From the NCBI RefSeq assembly GCF_035084215.1, contig NW_027139666.1:4154001-4218000 (forward strand): 64,000 bases of DNA, read 5' to 3'. Shown in pieces: positions 39,730-53,694 of the stretch (position 1 is the first letter of the stretch; each line of letters starts with the position of its first letter). A model generated the notes under the pieces. It did not search any database, had not been told where the DNA came from, and saw only the letters and a program-made list of their open reading frames with translations. The DNA is from Heptranchias perlo. Its lineage: Eukaryota. The translations under genes and the position numbers were made by a program.

Positions 39730-41800
39730 GAGTACTGTGTGTGAGTGTGGGATTCATTCTGTATCTGGTACTGTATGTGAATGTGGGATTCATTCTGTAT
39801 CTGGTACTGTGTGTGAGTGTGAGAGTCATTCTGTATCTGGTACTGTGTGTGAGTGTGGGAGTCATTCTGTATCTGGTACTGTGTGTGAATGTGGGAGACA
39901 TTCTGTATCTGGTATTGTATTTGAGAGTGGGATTCATTCTGTATCTGGTACTGTATGAGAATGTGGGATTGATTCTGTATCTAGTACTGTATGTGAATGT
40001 GGGATTCATTCTCTATCTGGTACTGTGTGTGAGTGTGGGATTCATTCAGTATCTGGAACTGTGTATGAGTGTGGGATTCATTCAGTATCTAGTAATGTGT
40101 GTGAGTGAGGGATTCATTCTGTGTCTTGTACTGTATGTGAATGAGGGATTAATTCTCTATCTGTTACTGTATGTGAGTGTGGGATTCATTCTGTATCTCG
40201 TAATGTGTGTGAGTGAGGGATTCATTCTGTATCTGGTACTGTATGTGAATGTGGGATTCATTCTGTATCTGGTACTGTATGTGAGTGTGGGATTCATTCT
40301 GTATCTGGTACTGTATGTGAATGTGGGTTTCATTCTGTATCTGTACTGTATGTGAATGTGGGATTCATTCTGTATCTGGTACTGTGTGTGAATGTGGGAT
40401 TTATTCTGTATCTTGTACTGTATGTGAATGTGGGATTCATTCTGTATCTGGGACTGTGTGTGAATGTGTAATTCATTCTGTATCTGGTACTGTATGTGAA
40501 TGTGGGATTCATTCTGTATCTGGTACTGTGTGTGAATGTGGGATTCATTCTGTATCTGGTACTGTATGTGAATGTGGGATACATTCTGTATCTGGTACTG
40601 TATGTGAATGAGGGATTCATTCTGTATCTGGTACTGTGTGTGAATGTGGGATTCATTCTGTATCTGGGACTGTATGTGAATATGGGATTCATTCTGTATC
40701 TGGTACTGTATGTGAATATGGGATTCATTCTGTATCTGGTACTGTATGTGAATTTGGGATTCATTCTGTATCTGGGACTGTATGTGAATATGGGATTCAT
40801 TCTGTATCTGGTACTGTATGTGAATATGGGATTCATTCTGTATCTGGTACTGTATGTGAATTTGGGATTCATTCTGTATCTGGGACTGTGTGTGAATGTG
40901 TGATTCATTCTGTATCTGGTACTTTATGTGAATATGGGATTCATTCTGTATCTGGTACTGTATGTGAATTTGGGATTCATTCTGTATCTGGGACTGTGTG
41001 TGAATGTGTGATTCATTCTGTATCTGGTACTGTATGTGAATATGGGATTCATTCTGTATCTGGTACTGTGTGTGAGTGTGGGATTCATTCTGTATCTGGG
41101 ACTGTATGTGAATATGGGATTCATTCTGTATCTGGTACTGTATGTGAATGTGGGATTCATTCTTTATCTGGTACTGTGTGTGCGTGTGGGATTCATTCTG
41201 TATCTGGGACTGTATGTGAATGTGGGATTCATTCTGTATCTGGTGCTGTGTGTGAGTGTGGGATTCATTCTGTATCTGGTACTGTGTGTGAATGTGGGAT
41301 TCATTCTGTATCTTTCAGTCTCTGGTACTGTGTGTGAGTGTCGGAATCATTCTGTATCTTTCAGTCTCTGGTACTGTGTGTGAGTGTGGGATTCATTCTG
41401 TACCTGTCATTCCATGGTACTCTGTGTGAGTTTGGGATTCATTCTGTATCTGTCAGTCTCTGGTGCTGTATGTGGGTGTGGGATTCATTCTGTATCTGTC
41501 AGTCTCTGGTGCTGTATGTGGGTGTGGGATTCATTCTGTATCTGTCAGTCTCTGGTGCTGTATGTGAGTGTGGGATTCATTCTGTATCTGTCAGTCTCTG
41601 GTACTGTGTGTGGGTGTGGGATTCATTCTGTATCTGTCAGTCTCTGGTACTGTGTGTGGGTGTGGGATTCATTCTGTATCTCTCAGCCTCTGGTACTGTG
41701 TGTGATGGATTCATTCTGTATCTGCCAATCTCTGGTACTGTTTGAGTATCTGGGATTCATTCTGTATCTATCAGTTTCTGGAACAGTCCAAAAGTCAGGA
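39730..41800. repeat. 36-bp satellite (39730-41310) grading into 46-bp satellite (41310-41800), inverted relative to the other arrays
   Basis: 36-mer gtatgtgaatgtgggattcattctgtatctggtact is the 46-mer lacking 10 bp (gtcagtctct). Confidence 0.95.
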
Positions 41801-42989
41801 TTAATTCCATATCTGTCTTTTAATTGGAGATCAGCTTACAGTTTGGTGTTTGAAACTCTATCTTGTGTATATCTAAACCTATAAATAGTTTTCCCCATAG
41901 TAGTTAATTTTGAAAATACCGTGCACATTCGAATTTCTTGTTGCAGGTTTTAATGTGACAAGCTGTGTGCCCTTTGGACCAATATTAAACCTGTATCACA
42001 ATGAACACTAACGCAATTGATCCTGGATCTCAGTCTCAAACTTTGAGATTTTTGGATTGCTATACAATGTGCAGCTCAGTCTGCACTCATGTAATTGATA
42101 TTGTATCTTTCAGGGTGTCACTGTATGAGACTTTAGCACTTCTATGTAATGTGTTGCTCTGGGTCTAATCGAATTGTAACTTTCAGGTTCATAAAATGGG
42201 TGAGTTTTGAACTGGTAACTGATTTTGTTTCTCAGGTTATACTATCTTTCAGCATCTCTCACTCTGATACTATATGTGAGTTTTGGACTTGTATGTAATT
42301 TGTATCTCAGGTTACAGAATTTGGATGGATACTGCATCTTTTAATATCACAATGTGTGTGAGTTCTACTCATTATTTGAGATGAATCTTGGTTTACATTA
42401 TTGGGGCTATTGCTGTATCTTTCAATCGGGCACCATGTATCAGTTCTATCTGTGATTTAATTTCGAGCTTAGGCTGCACTATTGTGAAATTGACACATTA
42501 CCTTTCAATCTGATGGTGGGTGTGATATTGGACTGGGATTTGTGGATCTACCTGGCAGTTGTACTGAGTTGGGGTGAAATGGAAACAACGTCTGCCTCTC
42601 CTCCTCTGACTGTTTATTTGAAAGTGTGTCTGTGGTACTTGGCATCAGTGTGGGACTGACTACTTCTACTGTCTGAGACTGAGGAACTGATGACCTTTCT
42701 GTGTCTCTGTGCTCTGTGTGTGATAATGTACCTACTGTGTGTGAGAAGCTGGCTGCACTCTTCCTTGTGCCTCGGGTGGAGGAAAATCACATTTTTTCTG
42801 GCTCCTTCAAAAATTTGCCTGTCGAAAGAAAAAGTATCTCTTGTAACTCAAGAACAGGTGAGGTAGAAAATACAAAAGTGATCAGTTTAATGGTCTGTTA
42901 ATGATCATTTTGAATATCCACAAATGAAAACCAGCGATACAAACAGTATCAGTGTCTGACTCCACTGAAGCACGCAGCTTCTGCACACC

Positions 42990-43255
42990 ATAGAAACATA
43001 GAAAATAGGAGCAAGAGCAGGCCATTCGGCCCTTCGGGCCTGCTCCACCATTCAAAATGATCATGGCTGATCGCCTAACTCAGTATCCTGTTCCTGCTTT
43101 TCCCCCATATCCCTTGATACCTTTGGCATTCAAAAATGTATCGATTTTCTTATTGAATACATCGAATGACGAGGCCTCCACTGCCTTCTCTGGTGGCGAA
43201 TTCCACAGGTTCACCACCATCTGAGTGAAGACATTTCTCCTCTCGGTTCTAAAGG
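42990..43255 (-). mobile_element. CR1-type 3'-end insertion in the inverted module
   Basis: 'FTQMVVNLWNSPPEKAVEA' with catagaaa tail; absent from the other module copies. Confidence 0.8.
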
Positions 43256-43769
43256 TGCCAGATGTGTTGGGCTGTTTTAAAACAATTTCGTCACATCCAG
43301 ACACAACACAACACAACATCTGCACTGATCCATGAATGGGACTACCGGATGGGACAGGGACCTTTGTACAGGCCTGGATTCTAATCCCCTCTCCCATGGG
43401 ATCGACCGTTCAACCGAAACCAAACAGCCGCTGTTTAAAATGTGTCGTTCACACTTCTCACCTGATCCCTGCAATCGATGCTCTTTGTATAACTCCCCAC
43501 ATCCTTACTGTCCGGCTCTGTTTCCACTCTTCACTGTCCAATAACAATCAACAAGGTGAGACTGGAACTAAACCAGGATCATTCACTACTGGTTTGGGGA
43601 GAGAAAGCAGCAATGATTTTAAATAGCAGGTTCTTCCCATTCTGTCTCCCTTCCCCTGGACACACCCTGTACACACACAGCCCGAGAATGGCCTCTCCCT
43701 TCCCCCGCTCACTCCATGTTCCGGGACCAGTTCCTGATCCACTCCGCCTCTTACAAACAGCCCCCGGAC

Positions 43770-44036
43770 TCCCCCTGACCTTCCCCCGGACTCAATGCCG
43801 ATCTCTGAGCCCATCTGCGGACACGGTCCCGAAGCGATGAGCTGCTGTAACGAGGCTGCTCTTTGCTCCCTTCCCCCGGGGGCCGTGATCTCTCCATTCC
43901 CGGCTGTTTTAAACCATCTTCTTCCGCTCACTGAGGGAATGGCGCCCACAGGCCGAGCTGGTGGAGGAGAGCGCGCATGCGCTCTTCTGCTCGCCAACAA
44001 TCAGCGCTGGGGGCGGGGCTGAGTCACGCATGCGCA
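43770..44036 (-). promoter_or_regulatory. CpG promoter module, copy 3 (inverted)
   Basis: Reverse complement of the 8782/23731 module. Confidence 0.65.
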
Positions 44037-45347
44037 GGTATCTGGTTGAATTCCCAATAAAAATCGATGGAAACTTTCCCCAATTGGAATTTTTCGGAGT
44101 CTGAGCAAAGGAAGTGGGTCTGGGGGAGAGGTCAGAGGGAATGGGGTCCACAGGCAGTGCAGGAACAGGCACCAGAATGGAAAACAGATGGGATTCCACC
44201 AGTGCCTAACGCTGGAATCCAGACTGACTTTACAATCTCTAACTATTAAACGAGATGTTTCCATCCCTGCTGTTTCTCTCGGAATCTTTTGATGGTAAAG
44301 AGCCTTTCAGAGATAAAGTGGGCGGCTGTGAAATGAGCCAATGGGTTCTGTTCATTCTTGAACTCTTTACTGATAAAACTGACGCTTGAGGAAGAAACTG
44401 GAGGGAGGATTTCTCAAACCATTCCTGGAGAAAGCAGGAGGAAAGAGTGAGTCGGTGCATTTTCTGGGACGGTGTAGGATTAATATCTGACAGCAACAGT
44501 CCCAGATTAATTTAATCAGAGTAAAACTCTCGATTACTGATTGGAATACCGAACGACATGGAGCTGCAAAACCGAATATAGTGCAACGGGCAGAAGAAGA
44601 TTAAATGTGGCACATTGTTTTTGACACTCTCTGCACTGTCACTGAGGGTGGGATTAATAATGTGTCTGTCTCTGGTATAATATCAGTGAGAGATGAGATT
44701 TCATCGTCTGTCTCTCCAATGGGATCTTTCTGGAAAAAAACGGAACTTTACAGGTCAGTCTGCAACTGATACTGTGGCACTGTGTCTCTCCGCTCTCTCT
44801 CTCACCGTGTCTGTCGCCCTCGCTCTCCCTCTCGCTCTCTCTGGCGCTTTATGTGAAGGTTGGATACTGCTATTGAGCGTGATATGAACACACTGATAGG
44901 AAGTGTAAGTCTGACAGTGTCTCTCTCTCTCTCGCTAGTACGGACATGAAGGTGGCATACTGTCTGATATAAAATAGAGAGAATGAGATGTCCGTGCCAG
45001 ACCTAACTCCAACTGGGGATGTGTTCGGCTCCAGTCCCAGTGCATGGTCAAAATCTTTTCACAGATTCAGGGTGAGAGTCTCTGTGGGACGGTAACACTG
45101 GCCGAGAAATTCCGCGTCATAACTCAAACCGGAACACATTAGACTCTCCAAATGTTTGTAAGGTGTTTGTAAACTGCTGAACCCGTCTGGGTGGGGATGT
45201 GGGGAGTTAGAACAGGGAAACAGACTGAAGTGGAGGAGCCGAGTTGATTGTTATTGAATGCAATGTATTCAGGCAGGAACATTACTGACTTTGCATTGTA
45301 ACGTGGCTTATTTAAAAGCTCCGGGTGTGTTGGAATCCTTGAATATG

Positions 45348-45503
45348 CATTTGGACAGTTACATGGGTAAGATGGGTATAGAGCGATATGGGCCAAGTGC
45401 AGGCAATTGGGACTAGCTTAGTGGTATAAACTGGGCGACATGGACATGTTGGCCCGAAGGGCCTGTTTCCATATTGTAAACTTCTATAAGTCTATGATTC
45501 TAC
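45348..45503 (+). mobile_element. Short 5'-truncated CR1 insertion with 6-bp TSD
   Basis: Same family as 1-419; TSD aatatg at 45342-47 and 45504-09; empty site in the paralog near 20255. Confidence 0.85.
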
Positions 45504-46155
45504 AATATGAAGCCCGAGTTTGTAAGGGTTTGTGCGGAGCGCTGTGTTTCGGTTCGATTATCGTTAGAAATCAGTTGTCGGAGAGAACTGGAGGTGGAGC
45601 TGGAAGATCAGAGTTCGCCATCTGCTCTGTCTGTTACTCTGGCCCCGCCCGCTTTCCCTGTTTAATCCCCCATATGGAATCAAAGCGGGCTGCTGGACTC
45701 GAAACACGGTTTACTTGTTAACAGGACGAAAGGCGAGTAATGTGTCTGATCTCCTCGGCACCAGACAATTCACTGTTATTTGTATCTGTACAAATTTACA
45801 TCTCAGTGATTCCCCAGTGAGTTTGATGCGTGATGTAAATGATCCAACAAAATAGAAGAGAAACAGAGCCAAGCGCTGAATTCCACAGATGTGGAAAGGT
45901 TAGTCGAGCAGTTCTGGTGATGCTTTAAGAGCCCAACATGGCAAGTAGTTTAAATAAATAAAATACATTTGGTGATGCGTGGACTGGTTCTACAGGTCAC
46001 CGTTTAAAGTACCGGACTGTGGTCGGTGCCCCGACTCCAGTCCCATTAATTCCTCACCTCGCCTACAACGAGAATAAAGCAGCTCAAAGCCACACCAGGA
46101 GCATATCAGCGTCTCCGTTCAGCCAGTAACCACCACTTTCACAGATACAGTGGGT

Positions 46156-46171
46156 GGCTCTGAAAAGAGCC
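46156..46171 (-). terminator. Orphan H2A-type histone stem-loop + HDE
   Basis: RC aaaGGCTCT-TTTC-AGAGCC-acccactgtatctgtgaaag matches 35816-35854; no histone CDS upstream. Confidence 0.88.
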
Positions 46172-46179
46172 TTTACATC

Positions 46180-47600
46180 GAGTTACTTCGGAACTACGGC
46201 GCAGAAACAGGCAATTCGGCCCAACTGGTCGATGCCAGTGTTTATTCTCCACACGAGGCTCCTCCCTCCCTAATTCATCTAACTCTATCAGAATACCCTT
46301 CGATTCCTTCCTTCCTCATGTGTTAATCGAGCTGCCCCTTAAATGCACCTGTGCTATTTGCCTGAGCTACTGCTTGTGCTAGCATTTTCCACATTCCAAC
46401 CACTCTTTGGGTAAAGCAGTTTCTCCTGAATTCCCTATTGGATTTATTAGCGACTATTTTATATTTATTACCTCTAGTTTTGGACTCCATGCAATTGGAA
46501 ACATTTTTTCGATGTCTACCCTACGAAACCCCATCGGAAGACCTCTATCAGGTCACCCCTCAGCCTTCTCTTTTCTAGAGAAAACACCCCCAGTCTGTTC
46601 AGCTTTTCCGAATGAGAATATCCTCTCATTTCTCGAATCATGAGAATTTCTTTTGCACCTTCTAAGCCCTTTATATAATATGGAGACCAGAACTGTGCAC
46701 AATACTCCGAGTGTGGTCCAACCAAGGTCCCATACAATTTTAACATAACTTATTTTCTTTTCAATTCTATCCATCTATAAATGTATCCTAGTGTTTGATT
46801 TGCCTTTTTATGACCATATTAACTTGCGTCGCTACTTTCAGTAATTTGTATATATGTACCACTAGATCCATTTGCTCCTCTATCCCGCTCACCCTCACTG
46901 ACATTCTATCGTTGAACTGCTGTAATATTGCCCTTTAGTAATATTGCTACTCCTCCTCCTTTCCCTATTTCCCTTATTGTCTAAGCAGTATGTGACTTCC
47001 TTATTCTTCATTCTGCAACTTTATTAATGTTCTCTTGCATTTTGATGCATTCTTCCTTTGTATTAACTATATCCCCCAATTTGTTGTCGTCCACTAATTT
47101 TGAAATTGTACGTCCAATTCTCGAGTCCCGAATTTTTAATGTAAATTGTGAACAACAGTGGTCCCAACACCGATCGCTGTGGAAATCCACTTCCCACCTT
47201 TTTGCCAATCTGAGTAACTACCCTTAACCTCTATTCTCAGTTTTCTTTTTTGTTGCCAGCTTGCAAACCATTCTTCCACCTGTCCCCTGACTCCGCGTGC
47301 TCTGAACTTAGCCATGAGTCTCCAACGCGGTACCTATCAAAGGCCTTCGGAAAACCCAAATATACTGCATCTACGACATGAACCTTGCTCTCCATGGGTC
47401 TTTCATTGTGTTTACACTACCCGCTCACCCTCACTGACATTCTATCTTTGAACTGCTGTAATATTGTCCTTTAGTAATATTGCTACTCCTCCTCCTTTCC
47501 CTATTTCCCTGTCCTTTCTAAATATCTTATAGACTTGAATATTAAGCTGCCATTCGTGCCCAGCTGGTAATCAGGTCTCTGTAATGATTTAATGTAATTA
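46180..47600 (-). mobile_element. CR1 LINE fragments (3'UTR, RT, APE pieces)
   Basis: 'LGVFSLEKRRLRGDLIEVF', 'PHSEYCAQFWSPY', 'SKLVDDNKLG'; GKGGGVAIL-type endonuclease remnant. Confidence 0.8.
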
Positions 47601-47742
47601 TTTAATTTTACTCAATGGCTGATGTGAGCTGCGGGAAAATGTATTTCCAGCTGGTCAAGTATTGCAGGTATCGACTGTCTCTTCAGTCCGATGTCAGGTG
47701 AAGAATTACTGGCTGTTGTGTAATTTTCGTCGATTGGGGGTT

Positions 47743-47779
47743 GGCGACATCTACTGGGCGGAAACGGGAACTGCAACAG
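47743..47779 (-). promoter_or_regulatory. Putative bipartite CTCF site upstream of tRNA
   Basis: RC TGCAGTTC-ccgtttc-CGCCCAGTAGATGTCGCC. Confidence 0.65.
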
Positions 47780-47891
47780 AGCGAGAAAGGATCCGTCAGA
47801 AACCAGTTGAAATGAAGAACAAAATTCAACAGCCTGCAGTGTCTGTTCAGGGTCTGAGGTTTCGGAGCAATTTGCTTGTCTTTGATTGCCA

Positions 47892-47963
47892 GCGATGGTG
47901 CTATAGTAGTGAACATAGCTGCCTTCCAAGCAATTGACTCGGGTTCGATTCCCAGCCATCGCA
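47892..47963 (+). tRNA. tRNA-Gly(TCC), degenerate (likely pseudogene)
   Basis: 72-nt cloverleaf with GCGATGG/CCATCGC acceptor, CTTCCAA loop, GGTTCGATTCC; D-loop GG>AG and stem mismatches; T-run downstream. Confidence 0.82.
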
Positions 47964-48149
47964 TTTCAGTGTTTTTATTAATTTATATCCTTCATTAAGA
48001 TTGCCAGCGAATTTGTTGGCGTTCAGCTGGATATTGTTTCAAAAACATAAACTGTTAGAATTATAGCAAAATGTTTTCAACGTTAATTTATTTTCCCTAT
48101 AGAAGGAATAGAGGACAAACATACTGGAAATAGTGAGCTACCAAGGGTC

Positions 48150-49300
48150 TTCTGAGAGTGAGAAAGGCAAATGATATGTTAGCTTTTATTGCAAGGGTGT
48201 TGCAATATAAGAGTAATGAGGTCTTGCTGCAATTGTACAATGAGGAGATATTGTGTAAAATTGGCCTGTATTCGCTGGAGTTCAGAAGAATGAGAGATGA
48301 TCGCATTGAAACGTGTGCAATTTTTCGACGGCTTGAAAGGGTCGATGCGGAGAGGCTGATTCCCTGGCTGGAGAGTCAAGAACTTGAGGTCAGAGAATCA
48401 AGATAAGGGGTTGGCCATTTAGCATCGACATGAGGAAAAATTTCATCACTCAAAGGGTTGTGAATCTTTGGAATTCTCCACCCCAGAGGGCTGTGGATGC
48501 TCAGTCGTTGAATGTTTTCAAAGCTGAGATCGATAGATTTTTGGACGCTAATGGAATCAAGGCAAATGTGGATCAGGCGGGAAAGTGGAGTTGAGGTCGA
48601 AGATCAGCCATCATCTGATTGAATGGCGGAGCAGGCTCGAGGGGCCGTATGGCCTACTCCTCCTCCAATTTCTTATGTTCTTATGTAGAGAGCCTTATAT
48701 ACAAGTCTGCTGATGAAACTAAGTTAGGTGGCACCGTAAACATTATAGATGGGAGCAGAAAGTTGCAAAGGGACATTGACAGATTAAGTGAGTGGGCAAA
48801 ACTGTGACAGATGGAGTTCAACGTGGGGAAGTGTGAGGTCATCCACTTTGGACCATGAAAAGATAGATCAGAGTATTTTCTAAATGGGAAGAAACTCGGA
48901 ACTGTGGGTGAGCAGAGGGATTTATAAGACCAAGTACAGAATTCACGAAAAGGTGCAAAAATAAGTTAAAATGGGAATGGTATTTTGATGTTTATCTCAA
49001 GAGACATGAAATAAAAAGGAATGGAAGTTATGTCATAGTTATACAGAGCTCTGGTTAGACCTCATTTAGTTTTGGGTACTGCATCTCTGGTAGGATATGA
49101 ACATATGAAATATGAGCAGGTGTAGGCCATACGGCCCCTCGAGCCTGCTCCGCCATTCAATAGATCATGGCTGATCTTGAAGCTCATCTCCACTTTACCG
49201 GTCTATCCCCATATCCCTTGATTTCCTGGTCCAAAAATCTATCAAACTCAATATTGAATACACTAAACGACTGAACATCCACAGCTCTCTGGGGTGGAGA
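48150..49300. mobile_element. Nested CR1 LINE fragments
   Basis: 'IGLYSLEFRRMRDD', 'KSADETKLGG..LQRDIDRLSEWA'; 3'UTR tails in both orientations. Confidence 0.8.
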
Positions 49301-49309
49301 GAACAGCAT

Positions 49310-50023
<714 letters not shown>

Positions 50024-50119
50024 TTCTACATTGTACCGTGAGTGTCTGTTCAGCAAAACGGCTCTGAATTCCTCAGTCTCGATTTCTCGATACGGTTCTG
50101 TGCGCAACTTGGGCAATAA

Positions 50120-50480
50120 AACACTGATCGACACCCGGCGAGCAATGGCGGCCGCAGGCCCCACAATCCCCCGCGCCCCAGAAACCCCTCTATCTCTCCA
50201 ACGCGGTGATTTCCTGGTCAGGCTGCGCATGCTACCCAGGCCCGCATTGTATTTTGGGAGCGCGTCGCTCCTGTGGTTTGTCTCGAGTCGGACTCGGTGG
50301 AAACTGGAGAAGAAACCGGGAAGCGGCGGGACGGACGGGGGATGCCGCCTGTCGGGCCCCGAGCCCCACTCGGTGTTGCTGAGACTCCGCTCAGTGTAAA
50401 TGCAGGTTGTTGTTGAGCTGCTCCCGTTGGCCTCCGCGTTACCGGACAGAATCAGCCAGGGACGGTGGCTGTGCTGCTCC
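50120..50480 (+). promoter_or_regulatory. CpG-island promoter, probably of the right-hand ZNF gene
   Basis: ATGGCGGC (YY1-like), TGCGCATGC (NRF1), CCGGAAG (ETS); CpG-dense. Confidence 0.6.
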
Positions 50481-50879
50481 CCATGCTAGAAATGCAGCCA
50501 GCTCGGTATATCGGCTTACAAGTACAGAATTACCACTTGGCCGGGTACTGGAGGGCAAACAGTGACTGGGCCCGAACCCCACCATCACGCAGCACCTTCA
50601 GGAGAGAAAGGAGAAAAATAGAGGCTGCGATGAATCTGGATTTCAAACAGCGAGGACGTGTCAAGGATGGAGTGTGTGGGACGGGGGCTATACAGCTTAA
50701 TAGGGTCAAGGAGGGAGAGTGTGTTGGACGGGGAATTTACAGCTTAATAGAGGCAAGGAGGGAATGTTCCCGAGAAACCAGAACTGTCTGTTGTGAATTT
50801 CTAACCTGTATTACAGTGATGATTTTTGTAAATGATGAGGACAGATGCATAGACTAGCCTTGTATTGTCTTGAATGTAC

Positions 50880-51270
50880 AAGATTACGCTGTGATCTAAT
50901 TGAGGTGTTGGAGATGATTAAAGGATTTTATGGGGGAGATAGAGAGAAACTATTCCCTCTGGTAGGGGAGTCTAGCACAAGGGGAATCACTTCAAATTAG
51001 AGCTAGGCCTTTCAGGGGTGAAGTCAGGAAGCAATTTTTCACACAAAGGGTAGTTGAAATCTGGAACTCTCTCCCCCTGAAAGCTGTTGAGGCTGGGGGT
51101 CAATTGATAATTTCAAAACTGAGATTGATATATTTTTGTTTGACAAGGATATTAAGGGTTATGGTATCAAGGCGGGTGCATGGAGTTAAGATACAGATCA
51201 GCCATAACCTAATTGAAGGACGGAACAGGCTCGTGGAGCTGAATGGCTGACTCTTGTTCCTATATTGCTA
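50880..51270 (+). mobile_element. CR1 LINE 3' fragment
   Basis: gatctaattgaggtg...ttcacacaaagggtag...ctggaactctctccc, plus 3'UTR. Confidence 0.75.
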
Positions 51271-51349
51271 AATGCAGCCATCAGTAATAAGGTTGTGGAT
51301 GGCAAGGGCCTTGTTCACAGTTGAAAGGACATCTGGAGGGAGATGTGGA

Positions 51350-52030
51350 GAGAGGAGGTGACTGATCAGGGAGTGTCTGCAAATAAAGTAGAAATGGTGA
51401 CGAGGTAGGGAGTGTCTCTAAATGAAGGATAAATGATGATGGGTCAGGGAGTGTCTGCAAACGAAGCAGAAAGGATGACTGGTCAGGGAATATCTGTAAA
51501 TGAAGGAGAAATGGTTACGGGTCAGGGAGAGTCTATAATTGAAGTAGAAATGGTGATTGGTCAGGGAGAGATGGTGACTGGTCAGGGAGCCAAAATCACC
51601 AAAAGTGGGAGATATCACAGATGGTCAACTGACAGGCAGCTATAGGGAGCGACATATTGTCGAAAAGAGGATGAGAGCAGAAACACCCAGCCAGAGTCAG
51701 CACCTTCAGTGGAGGACAGGGTGGGGAACCAGTGAGTGGCTGGGTTTAGTTCCACACTCACTGGTTCCCCTCCTTCTCCTCCCCCGAAGGTTCCGACTCT
51801 GGCTCGGTTCAGTTCTACAGAGTCAGGACCTTCAGGGGAGGAGAGGGAGGGGAACAAGTGAGTGTAGCACTGAACCCAGTCAGAGTCAGGACCTTCAGGG
51901 GAGGAGAGGGAGGGGAACAAGTGAGTATAGAACTGAACTCAGTCGGAGTCAGGACTTTCAGGGGAGGAGAGGGAGGGGAACCGGTGAGTGTAGAACTGAA
52001 CCCAGTCAGAGTCAGGACCTTCAGGGGGAG
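51350..52030. repeat. ~39-bp repeat (51350-51600) and 63-bp repeat (51685-52030) with one inverted unit
   Basis: agtcaggac at 51821, 51884, 51947, 52010. Confidence 0.85.
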
Positions 52031-52240
52031 TGAAAACATAAATAGAAGGAAAAATGTTGGAGATGGTGCGATGGGTTTGGATTTCAGCAGAGGGAGGAGG
52101 GGGAGTGTGAGGGGCGGGGATTTACAGTCTGGGGGAATGAGCGGGAAGAATGTTGCATAGAAACTGGAATTGCCTGTTCTGAATTTCTATCCTGTATTCC
52201 CTGTATTCACAGTGAGGACTTTTGTCATCTCCTTTTACAG

Positions 52241-53694
52241 GGTATTAGAAGGGGAGGATTTGCAGATGGGAAACTCAAACCAAACATCACATCAAGATCT
52301 GACAGTCACTCGACTCACCAGCACCTGAAGATCATCTGCCTTTGAATATAGAAGGAGGAATGTTTGTCTGTTCCGTCTCTGAGAAGAGATTTCAAACATC
52401 AGTGTAACTGGAAAAACACCGAGACACACACACCCGAGTGAGAGTGTTCCAGTGCACTGACTGTGGAAAGAGCTTTAACCAGTTATACAGCCTGAAAAAA
52501 ACACCGCACCATTCACAGTGGGGAGAAACCGTACACGTGTTGTGTGTGTGGACGAGGCTTCAACTGATCATCCAACCTGGAGAGACACAAGGACACCCGG
52601 ACCACGGAGAAACCGTGGAAATGTGGGGATTGTGGGAAAGGATTCAGATTCCCGTCCCTTCTGGAAACTCATCGACGCAGTCACACCGGGGAGAGGCCGT
52701 TCACCTGCTCCATGTGTGGGAAGTGATTCATTCAGTCATCCAGTCTTCTGACACATCAACTGGTTCACACTGATAAGAGACCTTTCAAATGTTCTGACTG
52801 TGAGAAGAGCTTTAAAAGTCAAACGGAACTACTTGCACACCAACGGACTCACACAGGGGAGAGGCCGTTCACCTGCACTGAGTGTGGGAAGAGATTCACC
52901 CAGTCATCCCATCTGCTAACACACCAACGAGTTCACACTGGGGAGAGGCCGTTCACCTGCTCTGTGTGTGGGACGGGTTTCACTCTGTCACCCAGCCTCA
53001 CTGAACACCAACTTGTTCACATTGATAAGATATCCTTTAAATGTTCTAACTGTGAGAAGAGCTTTAAAGGAACAAGTGATCTGCTGACACACCAGCGTGT
53101 TCACACTGGGAGAGGCCGTTCACCTGCTCCGTGTGTGGGAAGGAATTCACTCAGTCATCCAGCCTACTGATACAGCAGCGTGTTCACACTGGGAGAGGCC
53201 GTTCACCTGCTCCGTGTGTGGGAAGGGATTCACTCGTTCATCCAGCCTACTGATACACCAGCGTGTTCACACTGGGAGAGGCCGTTCACCTGCTCCGTGT
53301 GTGGGAAGGGATTCACTCGTTCATCCAAACTCATTGAACATCAACTTGTTCACACTGATAAGAGACTTTTCAAATGTTCTGACTGTGAGAAGAACTTTAA
53401 GAGAAAAAAAGAACTGCTGACACACCAAGGACTCACACTGGGGAGAGGCCGTTCACTTGCTCGCTGTGTGGGAAAGGATTCACTCAGTTATCCAGCCTCA
53501 TTAAACATCAACTTGTTCACACTGATAAGAGATCCCTGAAATGTTCTGTCTGTGAGAAGAGCTTTAAAACAAAGTGGAATCTTCTCACACATGAACGTAT
53601 TCACACTGGGGAGAGGCCATTCACCTGCTCCGTGTGTGGGATGGGATTCACTCAATCATCCCACCTGCTGAAACACCAGCGAGTTCACATGTGA
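52241..53694 (+). pseudogene. C2H2 zinc-finger pseudogene, paralog of 794-1804
   Basis: Acceptor at 52239-40; ATG>ACG at the MEKPW start; in-frame stops and several -1 frameshifts; same terminal HQRVHM*. Confidence 0.88.

Noticed and set aside
39587-41884. Long Cys/Val-rich ORFs (VCECGIHSVSGT repeats)
   Set aside because: Translation of the 36/46-bp satellite; open in several frames and on both strands
45680-45730. B-box-like gtttcgagtcc on the minus strand
   Set aside because: No cloverleaf or A-box can be built
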